DNA of 64,000 nt from an uncultured Muribaculaceae bacterium (GTDB lineage Bacteria > Bacteroidota > Bacteroidia > Bacteroidales > UBA932): assembly GCA_964388595.1 (NCBI GenBank), contig CAYMAX010000002.1, positions 13,345-77,344 on the forward strand. The letters run 5' to 3'. Position 1 is the stretch's first letter. Each line of letters starts with the position of its first letter. This document shows positions 1-10,239 of this stretch, in pieces. The translations under genes were made by a program, and so were the position numbers. Below the pieces are notes generated by a model. It had not been told where the DNA came from. It searched no databases and saw nothing but the letters and a program-made list of their open reading frames with translations.

Positions 1-750
1 AGCAGTATTAACTATCAAAGACTTGGAATAATGCCTCTCAAGGAGCTCTTTTTTCTCTTTATACTCCTGAGCTTTTTCGAAATCGAGTCGCCGGGCAGAC
101 TCCTTCATCAAGGTCTCGAAATCAAGAATCAGAGAATATGTATCTCCCTTAAGAATTTTAATAATGTTATCTATCTGCGACATGTATTTATCGGAAGAGA
201 TAAGAGAAACGCAGGGAGCGAGACATCTACCCAAATGATAGTTGAGGCATACTTTATATTTGCCATTATTAATGCTTTCGGTAGTCAGTGATAAATTACA
301 CGTTCTCAATTTGTAAAGTGAATTTATCAAATTAATAAGATTGTGGGCATGGAGGGCAGAACTATATGGTCCGAAATAAAGGGATTTATCTCTTTTAAAA
401 TGCCTCGTGATAAACACTCTCGGGTACTCCTCATTCTTGATACATATCCATGGGTAGGTCTTATCGTCTTTCAGTAAAATGTTGTATTTGGGTTTATACT
501 GCTTGATAAGATTGTTCTCCAACAGAAAAGCATCCTCTTCAGTACTCACTACGGTATGCTGTAAGTCTGCAATTTTAGAGACCATCAGGATGGTCTTTCT
601 GTTGAGTGATTCTGAAGAGTGGAAATATTGAGATACTCTATTTTTTAAATCCTTCGCCTTGCCTATATAGATGATCTCTCCATCGCTGTTTAGAAAACGA
701 TACACCCCCGGATTATGAGGCAGCAACCTTACCTTCTCTCTTACATTCAT
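1..750 (-). CDS. uvrC: Excinuclease ABC subunit C (UvrC), N-terminal 250 codons; the C-terminus lies beyond the window start
   Basis: It is absent from the ORF track because it is open-ended. My own translation of the minus strand from the ATG at 750-748 has no stop down to position 1. It reads MNVREKVRLLPHNPGVYRFLNSDGEIIYIGKAKDLKNRVSQYF (GIY-YIG motif), ...EEDAFLLENNLIKQYKPKYNILLKDDKTYPW..., then ...RRLDFEKAQEYKEKKELL (UVR domain). Confidence 0.9.
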   Translation of the reverse strand, partial: MNVREKVRLLPHNPGVYRFLNSDGEIIYIGKAKDLKNRVSQYFHSSESLNRKTILMVSKIADLQHTVVSTEEDAFLLENNLIKQYKPKYNILLKDDKTYPWICIKNEEYPRVFITRHFKRDKSLYFGPYSSALHAHNLINLINSLYKLRTCNLSLTTESINNGKYKVCLNYHLGRCLAPCVSLISSDKYMSQIDNIIKILKGDTYSLILDFETLMKESARRLDFEKAQEYKEKKELLERHYSKSLIVNTA

Positions 751-758
751 ATTTTTTC

Positions 759-766
759 TATATTTG
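759..766 (+). promoter_or_regulatory. Bacteroides-type -7 box TAtaTTTG upstream of the acyltransferase gene
   Basis: The sequence tatatttg matches the TAnnTTTG consensus and lies 15 nt upstream of the ATG at 782. Confidence 0.45.
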
Positions 767-781
767 CACTGACTATTGACT

Positions 782-2590
782 ATGAAACATAATTCCAAAA
801 CAAAATTAATCAATATCTCTGATATTAAGAGCGCAATTAAAATGAAAGGGCCTCTCGGCTCGGTCGTTGCCTCGTTGGCTATGCATATCATGGGATTTAG
901 TCGCATAAATTCTCTCTATCCCCAATATTGCCAATATAAAGGAAGAGAATTTACCGATCATGCGATGAAGACTTACCACGTCAAGTGCGATATCAAGCCT
1001 TCAGAAATAGATTATATTCCACAGGAAGGTCCTTTCATTGTTGTCTCCAATCATCCGTTTGGTGGTTGGGACGGAGTCATTTTATACAACGTTATCTCTT
1101 CTCTGCGCCCCGATTTTAAAATTTTGACCAATTTTCTCCTTTCTCATATTAAGAATCTTGAGGATTGCTTTATGCCTGTCAATCCGTTTACCAACAACAA
1201 AAAGCTCAAAAGCAGTTATGCAGGCATCCGTTCAGCTCGAGAGCATGTAGCAAATGGTGGATGTTTAGGTCTTTTCCCCGCAGGAGAAGTCTCCACTAAC
1301 TACAATCTTAAATCATATACCGCCGATAAAGAGTGGCAGCGACCCATTATTAAATTAATTAAAAACAGCAATGTGCCGGTGTTGCCTGTATATTTTGACG
1401 GTACCAATTCTCATTTATTTCATTATTTAGGGAAAATACACCCTTTCTTGAGAACATTGCGTCTTCCAAATGAGGTCAATAATAAATTTGGGAAGACCAT
1501 ATCGATGAGGATAGGTAAACTTATCTCTGTCAATGAACTCTCCGAATATGATCATCTCGAAGATTTGGGACAATATCTGAGAAATCGTTGCTATGCTTTG
1601 GAAGCAAATATTCCATATAAAAATCCTTCCCCTTCTTTTTCTGCAGACCAGGAACCCATAGCTCTTCCCAATAACAAGAGAGGTTTGGTCAAGGAGATTC
1701 ATGCTATCGAAAATGACTCACTTCTCTTCTCCAACGCCAATTATCAATGTTTTCTCGCTTCTCCGGAGAGAATTCCTCAACTAATCAGAGAATTGGGAAG
1801 AAAAAGAGAAGAATCTTTCAGGGCGGTAGGAGAAGGGACAAACCAGGCACTTGACCTCGACGAATTTGACTATTATTATAAACATCTCATCCTTTGGGAT
1901 AAGCAGAAATGTAAAATAGCAGGTGCATACAGATTGGGTATCGGTCATGAAATAATGAAGAAATATGGTGCTTCAGGATTTTATACACAAACCCTCTTCA
2001 ATTATTCTCGTAAATTTCAGAAGAAACTTTATCATTCCATAGAATTGGGCCGTTCGTTTATCTCCCAAGATTATAAAAAAGAGGCTCTTCCACTTGTCTT
2101 GCTGTTAAGAGGGCTCCTGTATAGTGTCATTAAATATGATTTCTGCCGATATCTGATAGGACCTGCCAGTATTAGCAACTGGTATCCACCATTTTATAGA
2201 AGCCTCATAGTCGATTATCTCTCTCAAAAAAGACCCTCCGACCTCCGTTCGAGACATGTTCGTCCCAAACATCCATTCGTTACCAATTTTCTAAGAGTAG
2301 ATGTGGATTCACTTATGAGTGGCAAACAGGATACTGTAGAAAAGTTTGACAGATATTTGTTAAAGTTGAGTGATGGAGAATATCGTCTCCCTACACTAAT
2401 TAAAAAATATTTAAAACTCAATGCCTATTTCTTAGCATTTAACATTGATAAGAAATTTAACGATTGTCTCGATGGTTTGGTCTATTTAGAGCTTAACAAG
2501 GTTCCTAAAGAAGAGATACTTGCACTTGCCAAAGGTGCCGATGACATCGAAGGCGTTCTGAACAGATTTGGCTACGGAACCGGATCATAG
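782..2590 (+). CDS. Bifunctional acyltransferase, OlsF-like (N-terminal PlsC-type O-acyltransferase fused to C-terminal OlsB/hemolysin-like N-acyltransferase); probable aminolipid (ornithine/glycine lipid) synthase
   Basis: The track ORF is 776..2590 with a TTG start; the ATG at 782 is more likely. The N-terminal half has [11 protein letters not shown] and FPAGEVS, which are acyltransferase motifs I and III. The C-terminal half has [15 protein letters not shown]...[16 protein letters not shown]...IAGAYRL, typical of OlsB-like N-acyltransferases. Confidence 0.65.
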   Translation: MKHNSKTKLINISDIKSAIKMKGPLGSVVASLAMHIMGFSRINSLYPQYCQYKGREFTDHAMKTYHVKCDIKPSEIDYIPQEGPFIVVSNHPFGGWDGVILYNVISSLRPDFKILTNFLLSHIKNLEDCFMPVNPFTNNKKLKSSYAGIRSAREHVANGGCLGLFPAGEVSTNYNLKSYTADKEWQRPIIKLIKNSNVPVLPVYFDGTNSHLFHYLGKIHPFLRTLRLPNEVNNKFGKTISMRIGKLISVNELSEYDHLEDLGQYLRNRCYALEANIPYKNPSPSFSADQEPIALPNNKRGLVKEIHAIENDSLLFSNANYQCFLASPERIPQLIRELGRKREESFRAVGEGTNQALDLDEFDYYYKHLILWDKQKCKIAGAYRLGIGHEIMKKYGASGFYTQTLFNYSRKFQKKLYHSIELGRSFISQDYKKEALPLVLLLRGLLYSVIKYDFCRYLIGPASISNWYPPFYRSLIVDYLSQKRPSDLRSRHVRPKHPFVTNFLRVDVDSLMSGKQDTVEKFDRYLLKLSDGEYRLPTLIKKYLKLNAYFLAFNIDKKFNDCLDGLVYLELNKVPKEEILALAKGADDIEGVLNRFGYGTGS

Positions 2591-2847
2591 CCGCTTCCTC
2601 CCCAGGGGTGACATCTTAATATCCTCCTCGCAGAGAGATAGAACCCTTTAAAAATTCCATGTTTTTTGAAAGCCTCGAGCGCATAGGCCGAGCAGGTGGG
2701 TGTAAAGCGGCAGGAAGGTGGTTTGTATGGAGAAATGCCGAGCTGATAAAATTTGATGAGTATGACGAAGGGAAATATCAAAATCTCCTTCAAAACATCA
2801 AGAAATTTTCGCCATAATCTCTTTGATGATATCTGTGATTCTGTCAT
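2572..2847 (-). CDS. yidD: Membrane protein insertion efficiency factor YidD
   Basis: It contains [32 protein letters not shown]...[17 protein letters not shown], the YidD signature. The start is uncertain. The track ORF begins at 2871 and I chose the internal Met at 2847. Confidence 0.85.
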   Translation of the reverse strand: MTESQISSKRLWRKFLDVLKEILIFPFVILIKFYQLGISPYKPPSCRFTPTCSAYALEAFKKHGIFKGFYLSARRILRCHPWGGSGYDPVP

Positions 2848-3106
2848 ATTCCAATATTTTATTCGATACATATACCAACAGGATATCGTTGCCAGAAAGA
2901 GAAGGAAATGACATTGAGTTGAGTCTGACAGCTTCTCTCGTCCTTCTTCTTATGAGATTTCTTTTGACTGCGCTTTTGAAAATCTTTTTAGGTACCGATA
3001 TTGTCAAACGAAAAGGTACAACTTCTTCATTTTTCAGATAATATACTTTGAAAGGGTATATAAAGAAAGAGCAACCTTCGTTGTGTATTTTTTCAATGGG
3101 CAACAT
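2798..3106 (-). CDS. rnpA: Ribonuclease P protein component
   Basis: It is a 102-aa basic protein with ...[26 protein letters not shown]... and sits immediately upstream of yidD, the conserved gene order. Confidence 0.85.
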   Translation of the reverse strand: MLPIEKIHNEGCSFFIYPFKVYYLKNEEVVPFRLTISVPKKIFKSAVKRNLIRRRTREAVRLNSMSFPSLSGNDILLVYVSNKILEYDRITDIIKEIMAKIS

Positions 3107-3108
3107 AA

Positions 3109-3909
3109 CTAATTGGCATCTGTGATACGGACCAAAGAATAAGTAACACCATCAGAGACCATAGACATAGTCCCTAATGTAGGTGAAGCAGACATCTCAT
3201 TAAAAAAAGCTACTTCCCATAGTCCTTCTTTCCCAAAAACAGCATTGTTGTAGAGGTTGAGAGCCAGAAAATCGTCAAAAAGATAATATTGATTGCCATA
3301 AGACACAGGGACCCATTCATCACTGTTTTTGGACAAAAATTGAATAGAATCTGACGCGAAAAAATGAAGGCGGAAACCATCAAAGACTTCTGTTCCCTTC
3401 GTTGCAAATTGCCATACACCGACAATAGAATCTTTAGCAGCATAGGTGCTGGTCAATTTCCTCATAGTAAGGAAATTGTATTCAGATGTCACATCTTCTC
3501 CATTTATGGTATTGGAAGTAACCTGCATAGTGACAAGTGAGTCCTCAGAGGATGTGAAATCAAAATTTTGTGATATGGTGATCGAGGTTGGTATCTCGTA
3601 GAGACCTTCGACATCACCATACAGATGGAGATTGCAACAATAAACATCATAAAAGATGCCATCCTTACCCCATTGGTAATTGCCTCCCCCTTTATTCATC
3701 GTACCATGAATGTAAGCAGTCAGTTGATCGGTAAACTCATAAATAAGTGTCTTGCGTTGGCTTATCAATATACCATCATATACATCAGCTACCCATACAC
3801 CTTTGATGTTCTCTCTATTGTAGGCAGGACTCTTCTTATCGCAGGAGTACAATAATAAAGAAGTTATCGCAGCAAGAAAAATCAGGAAATATGAGGGGCG
3901 CGGCTTCAT
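3109..3909 (-). CDS. Hypothetical lipoprotein
   Basis: It has a signal peptide with lipobox (...TSLLLYSCDKK). No family was recognised. Its start overlaps the stop of the upstream gene by 4 nt. Confidence 0.6.
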   Translation of the reverse strand: MKPRPSYFLIFLAAITSLLLYSCDKKSPAYNRENIKGVWVADVYDGILISQRKTLIYEFTDQLTAYIHGTMNKGGGNYQWGKDGIFYDVYCCNLHLYGDVEGLYEIPTSITISQNFDFTSSEDSLVTMQVTSNTINGEDVTSEYNFLTMRKLTSTYAAKDSIVGVWQFATKGTEVFDGFRLHFFASDSIQFLSKNSDEWVPVSYGNQYYLFDDFLALNLYNNAVFGKEGLWEVAFFNEMSASPTLGTMSMVSDGVTYSLVRITDAN

Positions 3910-4646
3910 TTGTTCTTCTCCAAGTAGAGCAACAATGCTTTGGCCATGGAGGGAGCTTCAGGAGTCGGGGCTGTGATTTGTGCATCCATACCGGCATTTT
4001 TCACAGCTTTGAGGGCTGAAGGGCCGAAAGTGGCAATTATGGTCTCACCTTGCTGAAAATCGGGAAAATTCTCAAGAAGAGATTTGACATCAGAGGGACT
4101 GTAAAAGACCATCATCTGATATTTGGAAAGATTGATGCCGGAAAGATCGCAATTGAAAGTCTTATTGAAAACTCCATTAGCACACTTAAACTTAGATTTG
4201 GTAAAAAGCTTCATCAGCTCTGGACGGGCATTATCAGTGGTAGCAATAAGAAAATTCTCATCCTTATGCTTCACTCCGATAATATCAATAATAGACTCTG
4301 CGGTACCTGAACCGAAGAATATTTTACGTTTTCGATAAATGATATGTTTCTGCAGATAAAGGGCCACTGACTCTGAAGAACAAAAGTATTTCATTGTCTC
4401 AGGCACCACAATTCTCATCTCTTCGCATATTCCAAAAAAAGAATCTATGGCGGACTTCGAAGTGAACACGATGGCTGTGTAATCTGTAATATTTATTTTC
4501 TGAACCCTGAATTCGCGGGCGGAAAGGGAAACAACTCTGAAAAAGGGGACAAAGTCAATGGAGACACCATATTTAGAAATGATCTCGGAATAAGGGGATC
4601 CTGGGGTAGGTGTTGGCTGCGAGATTAGTATTTTTTTAACTTTCAT
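3906..4646 (-). CDS. Uroporphyrinogen-III synthase family protein (HemD-like)
   Basis: It begins MKVKKILISQPTPTPGSPYSEIISKYGVSIDFVPFFRV, the typical N-terminus of Bacteroidetes HemD-like proteins. It follows a DUF4271-type membrane gene, as in other Bacteroidales. Confidence 0.7.
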   Translation of the reverse strand: MKVKKILISQPTPTPGSPYSEIISKYGVSIDFVPFFRVVSLSAREFRVQKINITDYTAIVFTSKSAIDSFFGICEEMRIVVPETMKYFCSSESVALYLQKHIIYRKRKIFFGSGTAESIIDIIGVKHKDENFLIATTDNARPELMKLFTKSKFKCANGVFNKTFNCDLSGINLSKYQMMVFYSPSDVKSLLENFPDFQQGETIIATFGPSALKAVKNAGMDAQITAPTPEAPSMAKALLLYLEKNK

Positions 4647-4650
4647 ATAG

Positions 4651-5367
4651 TTACATTCTTACCACTGCTACAATGGCCATACTGAGCGGTAAAATTTCCA
4701 GGGTGCAAAGATACAAAATTGAGAGGAATAAAGGTGCTCGGGAGGAAAAAATTAATCCCGAAACATCTGCTACATAGAGAGCCAACAATAATATCAGAAT
4801 AACACTGATGACTATTCTGAAAATATAAAAACCCGATGACATCTCTACAAAATATGTAAATGGAAAAGAGATAGTCAAGACTATTGTAGCTATTATGACA
4901 AAAGACATCGAAAGGTCTGTCAGAGAGCTGAACAACTCTTCACGTGAAGATATTTTCCCGATTACATATAGCACTAAAGCCCTTATCAGAAAGAAAAGAG
5001 CCACGCCACCTATCAGCCACCAAAAGCGACCTGTCAAAAGACCATACTTGGAAAGAAGAAAAAAACAAACAGGAAGACTACCGATAAACATCAATATAGT
5101 AAATGAAGAGAAAGCACTCCTCTTCTCTGTTTTTCTCAAAATCAGGGTAGAAGCCGTAAATTTAAAAATATGACCTAAAAAAGAGATTAATCCCTTATTG
5201 AAAATGAGGAAAATAAGAATGATGACAATCGCTGCTATTCCCACTACCTTGTCAGACATATACACATCCAATGTCTCGGCTTGAGGGATTTGTGGAATAG
5301 AAACTGAAGATTGTGTCCAGACGCTGTCAATGGGAGGTATCTGACTAATTGCCTCGTTTGGTAGCAT
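4651..5367 (-). CDS. Multi-pass membrane protein (DUF4271-like)
   Basis: Several hydrophobic helices are present. It occupies the conserved position upstream of the hemD-like gene. Confidence 0.55.
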   Translation of the reverse strand: MLPNEAISQIPPIDSVWTQSSVSIPQIPQAETLDVYMSDKVVGIAAIVIILIFLIFNKGLISFLGHIFKFTASTLILRKTEKRSAFSSFTILMFIGSLPVCFFLLSKYGLLTGRFWWLIGGVALFFLIRALVLYVIGKISSREELFSSLTDLSMSFVIIATIVLTISFPFTYFVEMSSGFYIFRIVISVILILLLALYVADVSGLIFSSRAPLFLSILYLCTLEILPLSMAIVAVVRM

Positions 5368-5659
5368 ATCCCATAGAAGTTAGTAATGATACTATTTTAT
5401 CTCGAAAATCTCCTTGTATTATAATCTCTCCATCTTTGACGCTCCCTCCCACACCACACTTCACTTTCAGAACCTTGGAAAGCGACATAAGGTCTTCCGA
5501 ATTACCTATGAAGCCTTTGATAAGGGTAACCTGTTTGCCACCTCTGTTTCTTCTGTCTATGGCGACAATTAATTTTTGCGAAGAAGGGGAAGGCGTAACA
5601 ATCTCTTCTCGTGGAGTCTCGAGATTGAGATTTGGATTCGTAGAATAAACAATACCCAT
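5345..5659 (-). CDS. Translation initiation factor SUI1/YciH family
   Basis: It is a 104-aa protein with ...RRNRGGKQVTLIKGF...LSKVLKVKCGVGGSVKDGEIIIQGDFRDKIVSLL, the SUI1 fold signature. Confidence 0.85.
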   Translation of the reverse strand: MGIVYSTNPNLNLETPREEIVTPSPSSQKLIVAIDRRNRGGKQVTLIKGFIGNSEDLMSLSKVLKVKCGVGGSVKDGEIIIQGDFRDKIVSLLTSMGYATKRGN

Positions 5660-5703
5660 CTCTGATTTATTTCTGCAAAATTAGTTATAAATAATCAATT
5701 TCT

Positions 5704-5711
5704 TATATTTG
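5704..5711 (+). promoter_or_regulatory. -7 box TAtaTTTG upstream of the DUF2723 gene
   Basis: The sequence tatatttg lies 20 nt before the ATG at 5732. Confidence 0.5.
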
Positions 5712-5731
5712 TCGTTCAAATCATCTTTTCA

Positions 5732-8700
5732 ATGGATAAAAAACAGTTCAACTTTTACAGCCGCATCGTTGCTTTTGCAGTTTTCCTAATAGCATCTATT
5801 ACCTATCTCGCTACCATCGAACCCACTACCAGTTTCTGGGACTGCGGAGAATTTATCGCTTCATCTTATAAATTGGAAGTTGGACATGCCCCCGGCAACC
5901 CTGTATTTCAGCTTATAGCTCGATTCTTCACACTCTTCGTTTCGAAGGAGTATGCAGCTATGGCGGTCAACGCCATGAGTGCTTTATGCTCAGCCCTGAC
6001 CATCCTTTTTCTATTTCTCACTATTGCACATCTTGCCAGGAAAATATTGGTTAAAAACAACACAGGTACTATTTCGTTTTCAGATACCATAGCGATACTC
6101 GGCTCGGCTGTTGTAGGTTCTCTCGCTTATTGCTGGTCAGACACATTCTGGTTTTCAGCAGTAGAGGGGGAAGTCTATGCCATGTCATCACTCTTTACAG
6201 CTGCTGTTTTTTGGGCAATACTCAAATGGGAGGACGATGCAGACAATGAATATGCAGACAGGTGGATTGTACTCATTGCATTACTCATGGGTCTCTCCAT
6301 AGGAGTACACCTCCTCAACCTTCTTGCCATTCCGGCCATAGCCTTTGTATGTTATTATAAAAAATCTTCCAAATTCACTTTCGGAAGATTTATCGGAGTA
6401 TTCCTCCTCTCCTGCGTCATCCTGGCTACTATCCTCTGGGTCAGTATCACGGGACTACCAAAACTCGCAGCCTATTTTGACTTGCTGTTTGTAAATGTAT
6501 TCAAGTTGCCATTCAATTCAGGAGCAGCGGTATTTATGCTTATTCTTTTGGCCCTGTGTTTCTTGGCAATATATATATCTAGAAGTAAAAAACAGGAAAT
6601 CCTTCATTTGGTATTTCTTTGTTTCACGATGATAATAATCGGTTATTCCATCTTTGCTGTCGTGGTCATAAGGTCTGCCAACAATACCCCTACTAACGAA
6701 AATCAACCTGACAATCCTTTCAGTCTGGTAAGATACCTTGGTCGTGAACAATACGGCAGCTATCCTTTGGTGTATGGAGAGAATTTTGCCTCTGTTCCCA
6801 ACTCCTATGACGAACACACCTACTACACCCCTTTGGATGGTAAATATTACAAAGCACAAGGTCCCATCACATATAAGTTCCCTCAAGAAGCACAAAGCTT
6901 TTTCCCACGTATGTGGTCACCGGGCACGGGAGATGAGTTCGTCCCCTTCTACCAAAACTATATGAAGTCAAGTTCAGGGAAGAAACTCAAAGGTGGCAAA
7001 TACAGGATGCCTACTTTTGGAGAAAACCTTGCTTATTTCTTCGATTATCAAATCAACTGGATGTATATCCGTTATTTTATGTGGAATTTCGCCGGCCGTC
7101 AGAACGATATTCACAGTCCTGCTCCCGGAGATCCTCTCAAAGGTAACTGGGAGACCGGCATTGGGTTCTATGATAGAGCCAGATTGGGAGACCAAAGTGT
7201 TGGACCGGAAGGTATCATTCACAATAAAGCGAAGAACCACTACTACATGCTGCCTCTCCTCCTTGGTCTTATAGGTCTTTTCTTCCAGCTCAGAAAGGAC
7301 AAGCAGTCCTGGTGGGTGACCATGCTCCTGTTTTTGCTTACAGGAGTAGCCATTATAGTGTACCTCAACCAGACGCCTTACCAGGTACGAGAGCGTGATT
7401 ACGCCTATGCAGGTTCATTCTATATGTTTACTATATGGATAGGGCTATCTGTATTGTGCGTCTATCAATGGCTTGCAAAACCACTTTCCAAAATTAAGGT
7501 TCCACAATGGGCCACTGCCACCATCGTATCGATAGTACTCCTACTTGTCCCCGTCCTTATGGTTAGCCAAAACTGGGACGATCACGACAGAAGCAATAGA
7601 TATACTGCCAGGGACTTGGCCTACAATTATTTTATGTCAGCAGACTCCAATGCAGTGATAGTCTCTCATGGTGACAACGACACATTCCCTCTTTGGTATA
7701 TTCAGGAAGTGGAAGAGGTCAGACTGGATGCCCGTATTATGAATACTTCCTTACTTGGTACAGACTGGTATATAGACCAGATGCAGAAAAAACAGTATGA
7801 TGCAGATCCCATCAAGTTTTCCACCAAACGTGCAAGCTACCTCTATGGCACAAATGAGTTCATCCCCATTGTCGACAGGGTTAACAGACCTATTACCGCC
7901 AAAGAAGCGATATCATTATTCAACAATCCCCGCGTCAAATATAAACGCTACGGAGAGTCTGTTGACTACATCGCTTCTCATCATATCACCATTCCCGTCA
8001 ACAAAGAGAATGTCAAGAAATATGGTATAGTAAGTGAGAAAGACTATGATAAGATCGTAGACACAGTTTATTTAAACATCCCTGACAACAAAGAACATCT
8101 CAGCAAGAGTGAATTGATGATTCTCGATATGTTTTCCAATTATGATTGGGACAGACCCATCTACTTCGTATCCCAGGGAGGTGATCTCAAACTCGGTCTT
8201 AAGAGTTATCTTCAATTTGATGGATTCCTCTCCAAATTTGTCCCCATCAAGAGTACCACCACGATTACAGAATATGGACATATTGACACAGACAAGATGT
8301 ACAATAAAATAATGGATGTGTATAGATGGGGTTCCTTCCAAAAGAAGTACTATTCTGACTATCAAAATATTTCCACTTTTGACGGCAGCACTTTAAATAT
8401 CCGCAGCATTTTTATCCAGACAGCATTGGGTCTTGCTTTGGAAGGAGAAAAAGAAAAAGCAGTAAAGGTACTTGACAAGATGCAGGAATACATTCCTACC
8501 GAAAATCTCCCGTACAACTCATCTATCTGGTTCTCCAGCCAGTCAATCAATGAATATATGCTTCTGCAAGCCATCGAAATATATTTGAAGTGCGGAGCCA
8601 AAGAGAAAGCCATAGCTCTATCAGAAGCCTTCCTAAATGAGACTCTCTTATCTATACAACTTGCTGCTACACCTTTCGGAAACAGTTACATTTCCAAAGC

Positions 8701-8824
8701 TGACCTCGAAAACAATTACTCTATGTACTTCTACACTATCAATATCTTGAAAACAGGAGGAGCACCGGAAGAGGCAGGACGTTTCGAAGAGACTCTTAAC
8801 AAAGCTATCGAACAGTTGCGATGA
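5732..8824 (+). CDS. Large polytopic membrane protein, DUF2723/TMEM260-like (GT-C-fold glycosyltransferase-like)
   Basis: The 1030-aa protein starts ...TYLATIEPTTSFWDCGEFIASSYKLEVGHAPGNPVFQL... and has many TM helices followed by a large soluble C-terminal domain. Confidence 0.7.
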   Translation: MDKKQFNFYSRIVAFAVFLIASITYLATIEPTTSFWDCGEFIASSYKLEVGHAPGNPVFQLIARFFTLFVSKEYAAMAVNAMSALCSALTILFLFLTIAHLARKILVKNNTGTISFSDTIAILGSAVVGSLAYCWSDTFWFSAVEGEVYAMSSLFTAAVFWAILKWEDDADNEYADRWIVLIALLMGLSIGVHLLNLLAIPAIAFVCYYKKSSKFTFGRFIGVFLLSCVILATILWVSITGLPKLAAYFDLLFVNVFKLPFNSGAAVFMLILLALCFLAIYISRSKKQEILHLVFLCFTMIIIGYSIFAVVVIRSANNTPTNENQPDNPFSLVRYLGREQYGSYPLVYGENFASVPNSYDEHTYYTPLDGKYYKAQGPITYKFPQEAQSFFPRMWSPGTGDEFVPFYQNYMKSSSGKKLKGGKYRMPTFGENLAYFFDYQINWMYIRYFMWNFAGRQNDIHSPAPGDPLKGNWETGIGFYDRARLGDQSVGPEGIIHNKAKNHYYMLPLLLGLIGLFFQLRKDKQSWWVTMLLFLLTGVAIIVYLNQTPYQVRERDYAYAGSFYMFTIWIGLSVLCVYQWLAKPLSKIKVPQWATATIVSIVLLLVPVLMVSQNWDDHDRSNRYTARDLAYNYFMSADSNAVIVSHGDNDTFPLWYIQEVEEVRLDARIMNTSLLGTDWYIDQMQKKQYDADPIKFSTKRASYLYGTNEFIPIVDRVNRPITAKEAISLFNNPRVKYKRYGESVDYIASHHITIPVNKENVKKYGIVSEKDYDKIVDTVYLNIPDNKEHLSKSELMILDMFSNYDWDRPIYFVSQGGDLKLGLKSYLQFDGFLSKFVPIKSTTTITEYGHIDTDKMYNKIMDVYRWGSFQKKYYSDYQNISTFDGSTLNIRSIFIQTALGLALEGEKEKAVKVLDKMQEYIPTENLPYNSSIWFSSQSINEYMLLQAIEIYLKCGAKEKAIALSEAFLNETLLSIQLAATPFGNSYISKADLENNYSMYFYTINILKTGGAPEEAGRFEETLNKAIEQLR

Positions 8825-9282
8825 AAAAATTGAAATACATACTTTTATCTCTTTTACTTCTATGCTCTCTCGAAGCCTATTCCATTGATATTCGCACCAA
8901 AGGGACAGCTTCCGGCAAAGATCTCGCCGCCACCAAAAAAGAGGCACTTCTTGTTGCAAGAAAATCTCTTATCAATGAAGGAGAAAAGATAATTTATACA
9001 TGGGCTACTATGTTTTATACCGATACCCCCTATAAATTTGACAAAGTATGCAAGAAAGTGTCCATTCGTGCTTCGGCATATACAGTCAGTGAACAGGTAT
9101 CAAAAAAAGATAGTATCTATACTGTAGAAGTGACGGTGAAATATGGCACTTCGGACAAGGAAACAACCAATGAACTACTTGACTCTTTCGAATACAATAT
9201 GTTAAGAAAAGACCTCATTTTAATCAAATATAATCGAAATGAGGCCTATAAATCACTTTATAAAGTAGTTGCTAACTGGTAG
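8821..9282 (+). CDS. Small secreted hypothetical protein
   Basis: It has the signal peptide MKKLKYILLSLLLLCSLEAYS and an ATGA start/stop overlap with the DUF2723 gene. No family was recognised. Confidence 0.5.
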   Translation: MKKLKYILLSLLLLCSLEAYSIDIRTKGTASGKDLAATKKEALLVARKSLINEGEKIIYTWATMFYTDTPYKFDKVCKKVSIRASAYTVSEQVSKKDSIYTVEVTVKYGTSDKETTNELLDSFEYNMLRKDLILIKYNRNEAYKSLYKVVANW

Positions 9283-10239
9283 CTATTCTATCAGCATATT
9301 GCACCCTCGGTTTTCTGCTCCGCTGATACGACCCAATACGCAAAAACCACCATCGTCAAGTTTATATCCTCTATCCTGGGTCTCAATAAAAGAGCAGGAA
9401 TTGACATTGGCCATATCAATGATATTAATTCCACCTGTCTTCCCTGTGTCAACTGTCTTAAAAGGGTCATTGATGTCCCTTATCATTACCTTCATCGATG
9501 GTGAGCAATAAAATATGCCATCGCGCTTGGAATATGCCTGAGAAAGCATTTCACACATTCCATATTCTGAACCCACCTCATTGACTGAGAAACTTTCAGA
9601 TAGTCTTCGATGAATCTCTTTACGTGACAATTCTTCCCCCCTTCCTTTCATACCCCCCGTCTCTATAATTGACAATTGCCATTCATCATCTCTTTCTATA
9701 GAATATTGCGATGCAAAGTCAAGTAAGGCAAAAGTAACACCTATAAGAATCGTTTTCTGCTTACTTCTTCTCAACTCATTGAGTTTTTGATATAGGTCGC
9801 TATGATTGTAGAGATAAAAACCGCTGTCTGGATTGTGAGAAGAAAAAATGAGATGATTAGCCATAAACACCAGAGAAGACCCCTCTCTTTCGAGATATGA
9901 TGGAAGCAACGCCAATATGGCATACTGATTGGGGTTCCCATAAAAGTATTCAAAACCCTCGGTAAAACTTTTTATATAAAGCGACAAATCTGTAACATAG
10001 TGCTTAGATGGAACGATGGAAGTAGTGGCACTGCTATAAAAAATCTTCTCCGCTTCCACTGCGGAATCTGCGGAGGAGATTATAGTATGAGTTTTGAAAA
10101 ATTTAATCGGAAGAAAAGGAATCTCTTCTATTTTTTTAACATCAAATGGCGACACCCCGAGCAGGTCTACATACTGCTTATAAACGGGGCAGTAGTTATA
10201 TTGATAATGAAAAATATCGAAGATTCGCTCATTCATCAC
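9283..10239 (-). CDS. LuxE/PaaK-like acyl-adenylate-forming enzyme (acyl-protein synthetase family)
   Basis: The N-terminus ...IFHYQYNYCPVYKQYVDLLGV...IEEIPFLPIKFFK and the C-terminus ...ETQDRG...LGRISGAENRGCN resemble LuxE-family proteins of Bacteroidetes. This assignment is from memory only. Confidence 0.55.
   Translation of the reverse strand: MMNERIFDIFHYQYNYCPVYKQYVDLLGVSPFDVKKIEEIPFLPIKFFKTHTIISSADSAVEAEKIFYSSATTSIVPSKHYVTDLSLYIKSFTEGFEYFYGNPNQYAILALLPSYLEREGSSLVFMANHLIFSSHNPDSGFYLYNHSDLYQKLNELRRSKQKTILIGVTFALLDFASQYSIERDDEWQLSIIETGGMKGRGEELSRKEIHRRLSESFSVNEVGSEYGMCEMLSQAYSKRDGIFYCSPSMKVMIRDINDPFKTVDTGKTGGINIIDMANVNSCSFIETQDRGYKLDDGGFCVLGRISGAENRGCNMLIE

Noticed and set aside
31-291. 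86-aa plus-strand ORF at the window start
   Set aside because: It lies antisense within the uvrC coding frame, which translates into canonical UvrC sequence across this interval.
2798-2871. rnpA/yidD overlap as a sign of frameshift or gene fusion
   Set aside because: The overlap depends on the arbitrary longest-ORF start of yidD. Both proteins are full-length with intact signatures, and rnpA-yidD overlaps are common.
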